Shown here: piece after piece, positions 1 to 9,414 of the stretch
How positions within the stretch are numbered: the stretch's first letter is position 1
How the letters are laid out: each line of letters starts with the position of its first letter
Assembly (NCBI RefSeq): GCF_001545095.1
Contig: NZ_CP013213.1
Coordinates: forward strand, 120,001 to 152,000
Direction of reading: 5' to 3'
Length of the DNA: 32,000 nt
Source: Erysipelothrix larvae
Lineage (GTDB): Bacteria; Bacillota_I; Bacilli_A; Erysipelotrichales; Erysipelotrichaceae
Made by a program: the position numbers and the translations under genes
The notes under the pieces: generated by a model
The model's database searches: none
Told to the model about the DNA's origin: nothing
What the model saw: the letters and a program-made list of their open reading frames with translations, nothing else

Positions 1-2
1 GA

Positions 3-911
3 GTGAGTGGTAGTGGTAAATCTTCGTTAGTGAATGAAGTATTATCAAAGGCAATTTATCATGAGCTTGGACGTCAGCGTATCAAGCCGGGTAAACATAA
101 GAAAATCAAGGGTCTTGAGAACATTGACAAATTAATAACAATCGATCAAAATCCAATCGGGAGAACTCCACGATCAAACCCTGTAACGTATACCGGAGTA
201 TTTGATGACATTCGTGAGTTGTTTGCACGCACACCCGAAGCAAAAATGCGGGGGTATGATAAAGGACGATTCTCCTTTAACATTCCTGGCGGACGCTGTG
301 AAACGTGTAAGGGTGATGGTGTAAAGCGTATTTCAATGCATTTTTTACCAGATGTTTACGTGAAGTGTAGTGAATGTGATGGAAAACGTTACAACGACGA
401 AACCCTCAGCATTACTTATAAAGACAAGACAATATTTGATGTATTGGATATGAGTATTTTGGAAGCAATTGATTTCTTTAGTGCAATCCCTAAGATAAAA
501 AATGGATTGCAAACCTTATGTGATGTCGGCCTTGACTATATTAAACTTGGGCAAAGTGCGACGACATTATCGGGTGGAGAAGCACAGCGTGTTAAACTCG
601 CGAGTGAACTTCAACGCCCTTCCACAGGGAAAACGATGTTTGTGTTGGATGAGCCTACGACAGGCCTTCACTCATATGATGTAGAGAAGTTGATTGGTGT
701 CTTACAACGCATTGTTGATCAAGGCGATACCGTGCTTGTAATTGAACATAACCTTGATGTAATTAAGTCAAGCGATTATATTATAGATATGGGGCCTGAA
801 GGTGGAACACGTGGTGGGACAATTCTTGTCAGTGGAACTCCAGAAAAAGTTGCGAAATGCGAAACAAGCTATACAGGTCATTACTTAAATAAAATACTAG
901 CGAAAGGATGA
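3..911 (+). CDS. uvrA: Excinuclease ABC subunit A, C-terminal part (5' end lies outside the window)
   Basis: The ORF is open from the window edge. It has a Zn-finger CETCKGDG...[12 protein letters not shown] signature LSGGEAQR and Walker [12 protein letters not shown], typical of the second ATPase module of UvrA. Confidence 0.93.
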   Translation: MSGSGKSSLVNEVLSKAIYHELGRQRIKPGKHKKIKGLENIDKLITIDQNPIGRTPRSNPVTYTGVFDDIRELFARTPEAKMRGYDKGRFSFNIPGGRCETCKGDGVKRISMHFLPDVYVKCSECDGKRYNDETLSITYKDKTIFDVLDMSILEAIDFFSAIPKIKNGLQTLCDVGLDYIKLGQSATTLSGGEAQRVKLASELQRPSTGKTMFVLDEPTTGLHSYDVEKLIGVLQRIVDQGDTVLVIEHNLDVIKSSDYIIDMGPEGGTRGGTILVSGTPEKVAKCETSYTGHYLNKILAKG

Positions 912-912
912 T

Positions 913-1863
913 ATGATGGAACTTCAAACATGCGAAGTATCAGTTTTGGTTGATAAACTAGGTTATAAGCAAGTAGCGGGAAATAAGGATGCACTCAAAC
1001 GTCCAATTCGTTTACAAAGTACATCACGACCTGGACTTGAACTCACAGGGTTTTATGATCATGTAGAGCGTAAACGCGTTAACATTATTGGAAACAAGGA
1101 ATCTGCATACATTCGTGGAATGGATTCAGAAACCCTTAAAGATCGCTTTGATTTCTTAACAAATGACGAATCACCAACGATTATTGTATCGGGTGGTAAT
1201 GATGTTCCAAAGGAATTGTTGGAAGTGGCAAACGCTAAAAATTACCCAGTGCTTACAACTAAAGTCACAAGCTCGGAAGTAATTGTTGAAGTTGTGTCCT
1301 TACTTGATGAGATGCTCGCACCTGTAATCAATATTCATGGTGTATTGATGAATGTTTTTGGTAAAGGTGTCTTGATGATTGGTGAGTCAGGCATGGGGAA
1401 AAGTGAAGTTGCACTAGAACTCATACTGAGAGGGCACTCTTTAATAGCGGATGACCGTGTTGATTGCTGGGTGGTACGCAATCGAGTGATGGGAACATCG
1501 CCTGAACTTACGCGAGGATTACTTGAGATTCGTGGAATTGGAATTATTGACGTAACTCAAATGTTTGGTGTACGTGCGTTCTTAGAACAAGAGCATGTTG
1601 ATTTTGTGATTGAATTTCAACCCTGGGATTCTAAGAATGTATACCGAAGAATTGGTATTGAAGATGAAGAAATCTTTGAAATATTTGATGAAAAATTACC
1701 GAAGTTGGTATTCCCGGTTAAAGAAGGCCGAGATATGGCGGCACTTGTTGAATCAGGTGTGCGTGACTTTATGTTGAAGCAACGTGGGATTAATGCTGCC
1801 GAAACATTTGATAAACGTGTGATGGATCACATGAGGAAGATGAGTGAGGAGCAAGACGTATGA
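913..1863 (+). CDS. hprK: HPr kinase/phosphorylase
   Basis: 316 aa with P-loop GESGMGKSE followed by LIADDRV and LEIRGIGIID. SD GAAAGGA lies at 902-908. The start is ATG 913 or 916, directly after the uvrA stop. Confidence 0.93.
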   Translation: MMELQTCEVSVLVDKLGYKQVAGNKDALKRPIRLQSTSRPGLELTGFYDHVERKRVNIIGNKESAYIRGMDSETLKDRFDFLTNDESPTIIVSGGNDVPKELLEVANAKNYPVLTTKVTSSEVIVEVVSLLDEMLAPVINIHGVLMNVFGKGVLMIGESGMGKSEVALELILRGHSLIADDRVDCWVVRNRVMGTSPELTRGLLEIRGIGIIDVTQMFGVRAFLEQEHVDFVIEFQPWDSKNVYRRIGIEDEEIFEIFDEKLPKLVFPVKEGRDMAALVESGVRDFMLKQRGINAAETFDKRVMDHMRKMSEEQDV

Positions 1864-3317
1864 TTCAGTTTTTTCCAGATATGAAAACATTCGTGCAAAT
1901 CGGGTCTTTATCGATTGCATGGTATGCGGTATTAATTGTAACAGGGGCTTATATTGCCTACTTAATAAGTCGCTATAATATTCGCAAAGCAGGTTATGAT
2001 GAAGAAATCTTGGACAACGTCTTTATTGGTGTGATGTTTTTTGGAATTGTCGGTGCGCGTTTATGGTATGTACTTTTTTACAATCTACCGAACTATTTGA
2101 GTAATCCAATTGAGATCTTAATGACACGAGATGGGGGTCTTGCGATTCAAGGCGGACTCGTGCTTGGTTCAGGGTTTGCCTATTACTATTTAAAGAAAAA
2201 AGGAATTGCTTTCCTCCATTGGGCAGATATGATTGTTCCAAACGTATTGCTTGCTCAAGCTTTAGGCCGTTGGGGAAATTTCATGAACCAAGAAGCCTAT
2301 GGGACAGTAGTATCTGAAAGTTTCTTTAACTTCTTTCCAGAATTTATCAAGAATGGAATGTTTATCAACGGTCAATATCGTATGCCAACATTCTTTATGG
2401 AAAGCTCACTCAATGTCCTTGGGTGGATTTTGATTGTTCTTGTACTAAAACGATTCAGTAAGCCAAAACGAGGTGACTTAGTGTTCGCCTATCTCATGTG
2501 GTATGGTGTGGTGCGTTTTTGGGTTGAAGGATTTAGAACAGATAGCCTTTATTTTATGGGGATTAGAACCGCTCAAGCGACAAGTCTTGTATTCATCGCA
2601 GTGGGTATTTTTGGAACCTTTGGCGGATTTAGACGATTTACGAAACGGTCAAAACCGTTGTTGTTATTGGATTTTGATGGTACCGTTATGGATACGCAAG
2701 CACTTATCCTTGAAACATTCAAAACGGTGTTTAAAGAACGTAAACCAGACCTTGAATTAACAGAACAAGATTATTACTCATTTATTGGTCCAACACTGTG
2801 GGATAGTTTTGGATTGTACTTTGAACAAGATGAAGTGGAAGAAGTTGTCGCCTATTACAGAATGCTAAACATGAAACTTCACAAAGAATATGTTAAGCCT
2901 ATGGATCATGCGATTGAAGTTCTTCAAAAGCTTAAGGATGAAGGATATACCCTTGGTATTGTTTCCAGCAAATTAAAAGAACCGATTGATTATGCGCTTG
3001 AGCTTACGAACATGACACATCTGTTTGACTTGGTATACGGACTTCATGAATATGAAAAGCATAAGCCAGATCCTGATGGTATCCTGAAGGCAGCACGAGA
3101 ACTGTGCGCTGATCAATCACAGTTGATATATATTGGTGACACACCAACAGACATTGTTGCTGGTCGACGTGCAGGTGCATTTACGATTGGATATTTGTTT
3201 GACGAAAAAAGAGAAGCAGCACTTCGTGTTGAAGAACCAAACAGACTCATTTCGGATTGGAATGAACTTCTCGAAATTTTAAAGGAGGATCATGAATGGA
3301 CGTACAATATGATGTAA
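1860..3317 (+). CDS. lgt: Prolipoprotein diacylglyceryl transferase (Lgt) fused in frame to a PpaX-like HAD phosphatase/pyrophosphatase domain
   Basis: The start overlaps the hprK stop as ATGA. The N-terminal ~260 aa are polytopic with the Lgt signature GRWGNFMNQEAYG. The C-terminal ~220 aa carry HAD motifs DFDGT (codon 271, nt 2670), GIVSSK, KPDPDG and GDTPTDIVAG. Confidence 0.85.
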   Translation: MIQFFPDMKTFVQIGSLSIAWYAVLIVTGAYIAYLISRYNIRKAGYDEEILDNVFIGVMFFGIVGARLWYVLFYNLPNYLSNPIEILMTRDGGLAIQGGLVLGSGFAYYYLKKKGIAFLHWADMIVPNVLLAQALGRWGNFMNQEAYGTVVSESFFNFFPEFIKNGMFINGQYRMPTFFMESSLNVLGWILIVLVLKRFSKPKRGDLVFAYLMWYGVVRFWVEGFRTDSLYFMGIRTAQATSLVFIAVGIFGTFGGFRRFTKRSKPLLLLDFDGTVMDTQALILETFKTVFKERKPDLELTEQDYYSFIGPTLWDSFGLYFEQDEVEEVVAYYRMLNMKLHKEYVKPMDHAIEVLQKLKDEGYTLGIVSSKLKEPIDYALELTNMTHLFDLVYGLHEYEKHKPDPDGILKAARELCADQSQLIYIGDTPTDIVAGRRAGAFTIGYLFDEKREAALRVEEPNRLISDWNELLEILKEDHEWTYNMM

Positions 3318-4228
3318 TTATTATCGGTGGTGGTCCTGCAGGGATGACCGCAGCTTTATATGCATCTCGTGCTGGATTAAATGTTGCGATGATGGAACGT
3401 GAAGCACCCGGTGGAAAGATGATAAAAACAGATATTATCTGCAATTATCCAGGTATTGACTCAATAAATGGTGCAGATTTATCAATGAAAATGTATACGC
3501 ACTCAACTAATTATGGGGCACAATATCTCTATGGGGATGTTAAAGACATTGAAGTTGATGGTGATGTGCGTGTGGTGGTTACAGAAGATGGTAGTCGCTA
3601 TACTGCAAAAGCTGTTATTGCTGCAACTGGAACTGTTGAAAGAACCCTAGGATTCCCAGAAGATGAATTACTCTTGGGACGGGGACTTTCTTATTGTGCT
3701 GTTTGTGATGGTGCATTTTTCAAACAAAAGAATGTGATTGTAATTGGTGGTGGAAACTCAGCACTTGAAGAAGCAGTTTACCTCACCCAATTTGCGGATA
3801 AGGTGACGATTGTGATACGACGGGATGTATTCCGTGGTGATACACATGCCCAAGAAGAATTGTTGAAGAATCCAAAAATAGAAGTAGTTCGTAAACATAA
3901 ACCAGCTGCTTATATTCTTAATGATGATGGAAAAATTTCTGGAATGAAATTTGTGCATTCAGATACAAATGAGCCACTTGAAATTAAAGCGGATGGTGTT
4001 TTCCCTTACATTGGTGCTGATCCAGCAACAGGGTATTTGAAAAATCTTGGTGTATTAGATTCTCAAGGTTACATAATTGCAGATTCTCGCATGCATACCA
4101 GTGTTCCAGGTGTATTCGCAGCAGGCGATGCATTGGATAAACCACTTCGTCAAATTGTGACTGCGACATCTGATGGATCAGTTGCTGCACAAGAAGCATT
4201 CCATTACATTCAGACTATAGCTAAGTAA
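3296..4228 (+). CDS. trxB: Thioredoxin-disulfide reductase
   Basis: 310 aa with FAD motif IIIGGGPAGMTAA, redox centre CAVCDG and NADPH motif VIGGGNSALEEA. SD AAAGGAGG at 3281-3288 lies inside the end of the previous ORF. Confidence 0.93.
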   Translation: MDVQYDVIIIGGGPAGMTAALYASRAGLNVAMMEREAPGGKMIKTDIICNYPGIDSINGADLSMKMYTHSTNYGAQYLYGDVKDIEVDGDVRVVVTEDGSRYTAKAVIAATGTVERTLGFPEDELLLGRGLSYCAVCDGAFFKQKNVIVIGGGNSALEEAVYLTQFADKVTIVIRRDVFRGDTHAQEELLKNPKIEVVRKHKPAAYILNDDGKISGMKFVHSDTNEPLEIKADGVFPYIGADPATGYLKNLGVLDSQGYIIADSRMHTSVPGVFAAGDALDKPLRQIVTATSDGSVAAQEAFHYIQTIAK

Positions 4229-4247
4229 AGGCCAATCGGCCTTTTTT
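4228..4247 (+). terminator. Rho-independent terminator after trxB
   Basis: Hairpin AAGGCC-aatc-GGCCTT followed by a T-run, immediately after the stop codon. Confidence 0.7.
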
Positions 4248-4382
4248 GCTGAGTTTAAAAAGCTTTACCTAATTCTATATAAAATTATTTATTCTTACTA
4301 AAAGTATCGCAAATAACAAAGAGCCCCTTTGGTATACTTATAACACAGAGACTGGTTTATTTTGTTCTAGGGGGTTTTTATT

Positions 4383-4784
4383 ATGAGCTTTAATTATAAA
4401 ATGAATAAATTTTTAAGAGTCATGTTAATAATAGTGATGATATTGATGGTTAGCGCTGCGTTCTTGCAAATCTTTTTTCCACAATTTATGGGTTCACACT
4501 CAGAATATGGTGTTGCTGTTGGATGGCAAAGAGAAATTGCTTTTTGGAACTTAGCAATCATTCCATTTATCGTCGCAGTATTCCTGAGATATGACTGGTA
4601 TTATCTTCAAGTACTCCTACTTTCCTTATCACTTGGAGGGTTCTATTTTGGAACAAACCATCTCCTAGGCTATTTATCTGATTCCACAAAAATAATCAGC
4701 CTTGTAGGAGCGCTTGAAAACTATGGATTGGTACTGTGTTGGTTCATTGGGTGGCGAATTGAGAAAAGATCAATTAAAATATAA
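4383..4784 (+). CDS. Small integral membrane protein, function unknown
   Basis: 133 aa with about four hydrophobic segments. SD GGGGG lies about 8 nt upstream, and an extended -10-like TGGTATACT lies upstream at about 4339-4347. Confidence 0.6.
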   Translation: MSFNYKMNKFLRVMLIIVMILMVSAAFLQIFFPQFMGSHSEYGVAVGWQREIAFWNLAIIPFIVAVFLRYDWYYLQVLLLSLSLGGFYFGTNHLLGYLSDSTKIISLVGALENYGLVLCWFIGWRIEKRSIKI

Positions 4785-4827
4785 AACCAAATTAGTAGGT
4801 TTTGAAAGTGACCTACTATTATTATGG

Positions 4828-4853
4828 ATTTAAATGAACGCGTTCATTTAAAT
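4828..4853. promoter_or_regulatory. Perfect 26-bp palindrome, candidate TetR operator 1
   Basis: ATTTAAATGAACG|CGTTCATTTAAAT is a perfect inverted repeat with core AATGAAC-NN-GTTCATT, about 95 nt upstream of the TetR gene start. Confidence 0.6.
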
Positions 4854-4886
4854 GCTTGACAAGTCAAAATAAAGGAGTACACTATA

Positions 4887-4902
4887 AATGAACATGTTCA
4901 TT
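4887..4902. promoter_or_regulatory. Perfect 16-bp palindrome, candidate TetR operator 2
   Basis: AATGAACA|TGTTCATT has the same half-site as operator 1. It lies between a TTGACA (4856-4861) / TATAAA (4883-4888) promoter-like region and the TetR start. Confidence 0.55.
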
Positions 4903-4946
4903 ATATGCGTTTAATCGTTTATATTGATTTGTCTGAAAGGAGATTT

Positions 4947-5495
4947 ATGAGGAAAAAGGACGAAACTCTTCGCGAGTGTATCTTAGAGTGTGCAAGAGAA
5001 ATCATAGACCAAGAAGGTCCACAAAATCTTAGCATTCGTACATTATCACAAAAGGTGGGTGTAGCGAGTGGCACAATCTACAATTACTTTGCGAATAAGG
5101 ATGAGATTCTACTGGTGATCACTGAAGAAACGTGGAAACATGCGTTGATAGAAATGAATCGGCAAATAACAGCTGTGTGTTTCACACAACAACTCAGAGA
5201 CATTTATGAATTCTTAAAAGAAGAAATAAGCGATTCCACGGGTGCGTTAATGAACAGTTTAACCAATGTGCAGGTGATAGGGAGACAACGGATGCAGTCG
5301 ATGCAAAGTGTACTAAGAACCGACATTATCCGACGCATCGGAAAAGATGAGCAAATCCTTCCAAGTATTTGGAATGAATCTCTATCAGAAGTGGATTTTG
5401 CGGATTTGATCATCATGAATATGATGGAAAACTTAAGAACAAACGCTCCAAACATTGATTGTTTTATTGAAGTTGTGAAACGAGTAGTTTACTAA
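4947..5495 (+). CDS. TetR/AcrR-family transcriptional regulator
   Basis: The N-terminal HTH LSIRTLSQKVGVASGTIYNYFANKDEIL is typical of the TetR family. SD GAAAGGAG sits 6 nt before ATG 4947; the track ORF starts earlier at 4905, where there is no SD. Confidence 0.85.
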   Translation: MRKKDETLRECILECAREIIDQEGPQNLSIRTLSQKVGVASGTIYNYFANKDEILLVITEETWKHALIEMNRQITAVCFTQQLRDIYEFLKEEISDSTGALMNSLTNVQVIGRQRMQSMQSVLRTDIIRRIGKDEQILPSIWNESLSEVDFADLIIMNMMENLRTNAPNIDCFIEVVKRVVY

Positions 5496-5508
5496 AAGGA
5501 GCATGAAT

Positions 5509-6174
5509 ATGGCACAAGCAATCGCTGAAACTATTTTTGATATTTGTTATTTGGTTGGCGTCATTACAGCCGGTTATATAATGATGACAAAGGGCAAGTC
5601 AAACGGACTTGTGAAGAAGTTTGGAATTATGGCGGTTCTATTAGGTGTTGGGGACAGTTTTCACCTCGTACCACGTATGGTAGCACTTTGGACGACTGGC
5701 CTTGAAGCAAATGCAGCAGCATTGGGCATTGGGAAACTGGTTACGTCTATTACGATGACGATTTTCTATCTGATTCTCTATTATATTTGGCGAGAACGTT
5801 ATGAAGTTGAAGGGCGTAAGCCAGTCACAATTATTCTATGGGCACTCGCAATTATTCGTATCGGATTGTGTTTACTCCCACAAAATCAGTGGCTAAGTTA
5901 TCATCAACCACTAAAATGGGGTATCATTCGTAATGTACCCTTCGCAATCATGGGATTCATGATTATTATGTTGTTTGCACACCTAGTTAAGCGAAAAGAC
6001 GATAAGGTATTTCGCTTTATGCCGCTTGCAATCGCTTTATCATTTGCATTTTATATTCCGGTTGTACTCTTTAGCGCGGAATATCCTTTGGTAGGAATGC
6101 TCATGATTCCAAAGACACTGGCATATGTATGGATTGTTTATATGGGATGGAAATTATATAAAGAAACAGTTTAA
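5509..6174 (+). CDS. Polytopic membrane protein (about 7 TM), function unknown, cotranscribed with the TetR regulator
   Basis: The ORF is hydrophobic throughout. SD AAAGGAG at 5495-5501 favours ATG 5509 over 5503. It starts 14 nt after the TetR stop. Confidence 0.7.
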   Translation: MAQAIAETIFDICYLVGVITAGYIMMTKGKSNGLVKKFGIMAVLLGVGDSFHLVPRMVALWTTGLEANAAALGIGKLVTSITMTIFYLILYYIWRERYEVEGRKPVTIILWALAIIRIGLCLLPQNQWLSYHQPLKWGIIRNVPFAIMGFMIIMLFAHLVKRKDDKVFRFMPLAIALSFAFYIPVVLFSAEYPLVGMLMIPKTLAYVWIVYMGWKLYKETV

Positions 6175-6187
6175 ACAAGTCAAAATC

Positions 6188-6216
6188 AAAGAGCCACTTA
6201 TAAAAAGGCTCTTTTT
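6188..6216 (+). terminator. Rho-independent terminator of the TetR/membrane protein operon
   Basis: AAAGAGCC-loop-GGCTCTTT followed by a T-run. Confidence 0.7.
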
Positions 6217-6372
6217 CATTTCCTGTTTATAAAAAAACAACGGGATAAAACGGATGGTTTGTGATAAATGAAAGTAAAGCGTGGATATTTTAATAAAAAA
6301 GAAGAAAACTACCGTCTTCAATTCATCAAGTATGTGAAAATTTTGCTATAATGAATGAGAGAGGTGTCATTT

Positions 6373-7233
6373 ATGAAACGTAGAATCGTATTGGTAACTG
6401 GATTAGCTGGAGCGGGTAAGACAAGTGCTATGGCTGCACTTGAAGATATGGGGTATTATTGTATTGATCGTTTGCCTGCATCATTGATTGATGAACTATC
6501 AAACACAATTCAACATGGAAACGAAGTGCGCTATGACCATGTTGCTTTATCCGTAAGTGCACAAGACTTTTACAAGTTCAAGCATTCACTTGAGAATCTG
6601 GATGCATATGTGAGTGTGCTCTTTTTGGATGCAAGTTATGAATCCTTGCTTTTAAGATACAAGCACACACGACGCAAACATCCATTATTATTAGCAGGTG
6701 TTGCGAACTCATTAGGAGAAGCAATTGAGTTGGAACAAAATGTATACTCGGATATTAAGGAAGAAGCTACCTTTATCCTCGATACATCATTAATAACACA
6801 AGCAAACCTCGCATCACGTTTACAAGAAGTATTTGGGAAGAATGCGACACCATCCCTATCAGTTAGTTTTTTGTCATTTGGATTTAGACATGGTCTTCCA
6901 CTTGATGCAGATTTAGTATTTGATGTGCGATCGTTAAAAAACCCATACTGGGATGAAACACTACGATCGTTGAGCGGGAATGATAAACCAGTATATGATT
7001 ATGTAATCAACGATGAAAAGACAGCGGAACTGCTTAAACACTTAACAGATTACTTAGACTTTGCGCTTCAATCTGCTAAGGTTGAAAATCGAAACCATTT
7101 AACTGTAGCAATTGGGTGTACAGGGGGGCAACACCGATCAGTGTCAGTAACCAATTGGCTCTTTGATCACTATCACAACCAATATGTGACCTTTAAGAAT
7201 CATCGTGATGCAAAGGAAGTTTACCATGATTAA
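6373..7233 (+). CDS. rapZ: RNase adapter / nucleotide-binding protein RapZ (YvcJ)
   Basis: P-loop VTGLAGAGKTSA, C-terminal GCTGGQHRS motif, and the conserved position before yvcK and whiA. SD GAGAGG precedes ATG 6373, and a TGCTATAAT extended -10 lies at 6343-6351. Confidence 0.9.
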   Translation: MKRRIVLVTGLAGAGKTSAMAALEDMGYYCIDRLPASLIDELSNTIQHGNEVRYDHVALSVSAQDFYKFKHSLENLDAYVSVLFLDASYESLLLRYKHTRRKHPLLLAGVANSLGEAIELEQNVYSDIKEEATFILDTSLITQANLASRLQEVFGKNATPSLSVSFLSFGFRHGLPLDADLVFDVRSLKNPYWDETLRSLSGNDKPVYDYVINDEKTAELLKHLTDYLDFALQSAKVENRNHLTVAIGCTGGQHRSVSVTNWLFDHYHNQYVTFKNHRDAKEVYHD

Positions 7234-8179
7234 AGTGGTGATCCTTGGCGGGGGGACCGGGCAATCCGTTATTTTAAGAGGTATAAAACAAGTTGAAGGA
7301 ATTGAACTCGCAACCATCGTTACCGTTGCAGACGATGGTGGTAGTACTGGACGATTAAGAGATGAATTTTCGATGCCAGCAATGGGAGATATTCGAAATG
7401 TGATGGTTTCCTTATCAGATGAGCAATCGTTAATGTCTTCGATTATGGATTACCGTTTTAACGTTGTCGACAGTGAATCCCTTGGTGGACACAGTCTGGG
7501 AAACTTAATTCTTACAGCACTGACTCAAACCACCGGTAGTTTTATGGAAGCAATTGGTTCAGTGTCCAAGATTATGAAAGTTAAAGGACGCATTATTCCA
7601 TCTTCACTTCAATTGCTAACGCTTCTTGCGCGTATGGAAGATGGTACCATCGTTCGGGGGGAATCAAATATCCCTTTGTTTAAAAATGCAATTACCGAAG
7701 TATTTTATGATGAACCCGTACGTGCGACCGAAGAATCCATTGATGCAATCGTAAATGCAGATGTGATTCTCTTTGGGATTGGTTCGCTTTTTACGTCAAT
7801 CCTTCCAAATGTTGCGATTCCAGATATTAGAAGAGCACTCGAATTCACTAAGGCAAAAAAAGTGTATTATTGTAATGCAATGACTCAACCAGGTGAGACA
7901 GATGGATATAATGGTGAAGACCATGTTGATGCGATCTTGCGCCATTGTAATATTAAGTTTGACTTTGTTGTTGAAAATATTACTAAAACAGATGAAAATC
8001 TTGCCAAGCGTTATCTTGAGACTGGAAGTAAAGGTGTTCACTTTGAGAAGACTGAACATGAGTACAGACTTGTGAAACATGATTTACTGAAAACTGGTGT
8101 TGATCAAATTCGACACGATTCAGTGAAAGTGAAGGCAAGCTTTGAGGCATTATTAAAGGAGATGGGATATGTCGTTTAG
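7226..8179 (+). CDS. yvcK: Gluconeogenesis factor / UDP-sugar-binding protein YvcK (GlmR, CofD-like family)
   Basis: N-terminal VVILGGGTGQSV and VADDGGSTGRLR motifs. It overlaps the rapZ end by 8 nt. SD AAGGAAG precedes ATG 7226. Confidence 0.9.
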   Translation: MIKVVILGGGTGQSVILRGIKQVEGIELATIVTVADDGGSTGRLRDEFSMPAMGDIRNVMVSLSDEQSLMSSIMDYRFNVVDSESLGGHSLGNLILTALTQTTGSFMEAIGSVSKIMKVKGRIIPSSLQLLTLLARMEDGTIVRGESNIPLFKNAITEVFYDEPVRATEESIDAIVNADVILFGIGSLFTSILPNVAIPDIRRALEFTKAKKVYYCNAMTQPGETDGYNGEDHVDAILRHCNIKFDFVVENITKTDENLAKRYLETGSKGVHFEKTEHEYRLVKHDLLKTGVDQIRHDSVKVKASFEALLKEMGYVV

Positions 8180-9110
8180 TAGTGATGTGAAACAAGAAAT
8201 AACACATCAAGAATATAACTTAGAACAAAAGCGAGCGCTGTTGAGTGCTTTTATGCATCTCAACGCTTCCATGCAAATTGTTAATCGTGTCATCATGCTG
8301 AAAATTGAACTCGATAATGCAGCAACTGCACGATTTATCATGACGCTTGTTAAAGAGTTGTATCACGCTGAAGTCGAGCTCACAGTATTAAGACGAAGTA
8401 ACCTTGATAAACGGAATATTTATCGTCTCTTAGTAACTGAACAGGCCATGAGTATTTTAGAAGATTTAGGAATTTATTCATCTAAAGGACTACGGCCCGT
8501 GCCTTATAACATTATTGTAGTAAAAGAAGCGAATGCCCGTGCTTATTTAGCAGGCGCGTTTCTTGCAGGTGGTAGCGTTAATGCACCAAATACAGCAAAT
8601 TATCATGCTGAAATTCGATGCAATAATGAAGAAATGGCTGAATTTATTCAAAAAATTCTGGGACGTTTTGAGCTCAATGCGAAAAGTATGCTTCGGCGTA
8701 ATAAACCCGTTGTCTATATCAAGGCAGCAGACCATATAGCAGACTTTTTAAAAATTGTATATGCTCATGAGAGCACCATGGAATTTGAAGATGTGCGAAT
8801 ACAACGCGATTTTAAAAACTCCCTCACGCGTCTTGATAACTGTGAAGTAGCAAATGAAATGAAAAGCATCAAGGCAGGAAGTGCTCAACTGGATGCAATT
8901 TATACTTTGATTAAGAATAATCGGTATAACTATATTGACCAAAAACTAATCGAAGTTGGTGACTTACGGATGGACATGCCAGAAGCAAGCCTTAATGAGC
9001 TCATCGAAGAATATCAGGACCGTACTGGAAATAAAATAAGTAAGTCAGGATTACAACATCGTTTCAACAAAATCATTGAATTAGCACAGAAATTCGATGA
9101 TAATAAGTAA
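8169..9110 (+). CDS. whiA: Sporulation/cell-division regulator WhiA
   Basis: 313 aa starting MSFSSDVKQE, with a LAGAFLAGGSVN LAGLIDADG-like core and a C-terminal HTH. It overlaps the yvcK end by 11 nt, keeping the conserved rapZ-yvcK-whiA order. Confidence 0.92.
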   Translation: MSFSSDVKQEITHQEYNLEQKRALLSAFMHLNASMQIVNRVIMLKIELDNAATARFIMTLVKELYHAEVELTVLRRSNLDKRNIYRLLVTEQAMSILEDLGIYSSKGLRPVPYNIIVVKEANARAYLAGAFLAGGSVNAPNTANYHAEIRCNNEEMAEFIQKILGRFELNAKSMLRRNKPVVYIKAADHIADFLKIVYAHESTMEFEDVRIQRDFKNSLTRLDNCEVANEMKSIKAGSAQLDAIYTLIKNNRYNYIDQKLIEVGDLRMDMPEASLNELIEEYQDRTGNKISKSGLQHRFNKIIELAQKFDDNK

Positions 9111-9130
9111 GTTAGGAAGAAGGATTCATT

Positions 9131-9397
9131 ATGTCTAATCTCATCGCAACAATCATCTTAATTGTGATATTTGTCGTAGTCTTTATTATATTACCTGTGC
9201 TTGCAATTCAGTTGTTTGTTTATCTAGCACCTGTAATCCTTGTGGTGTATATTCTGTATAAGATATTTGCACCAAAAAGGCAGGCTGAACAAAGAACACG
9301 AACACACTACAATGAACCGCCACGCAATACATCTGCAGATGATGTCGTGGATGTTGAGTTTACGGTTCATGAAGTAAAGGATGATGACGAAGAATAA
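9131..9397 (+). CDS. Small membrane protein with an acidic C-terminal tail, function unknown
   Basis: 88 aa with two hydrophobic segments followed by a charged tail ending in DDDEE. SD AGGAAGAAGGA lies upstream. Confidence 0.55.
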   Translation: MSNLIATIILIVIFVVVFIILPVLAIQLFVYLAPVILVVYILYKIFAPKRQAEQRTRTHYNEPPRNTSADDVVDVEFTVHEVKDDDEE

Positions 9398-9414
9398 TTG
9401 AGCGGGGAACATGT

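Noticed and set aside
6268-6351. 27-aa ORF MKVKRGYFNKKEENYRLQFIKYVKILL upstream of rapZ.
   Set aside because: It has no SD, and it overlaps the predicted TGCTATAAT promoter of rapZ, so it is probably fortuitous.
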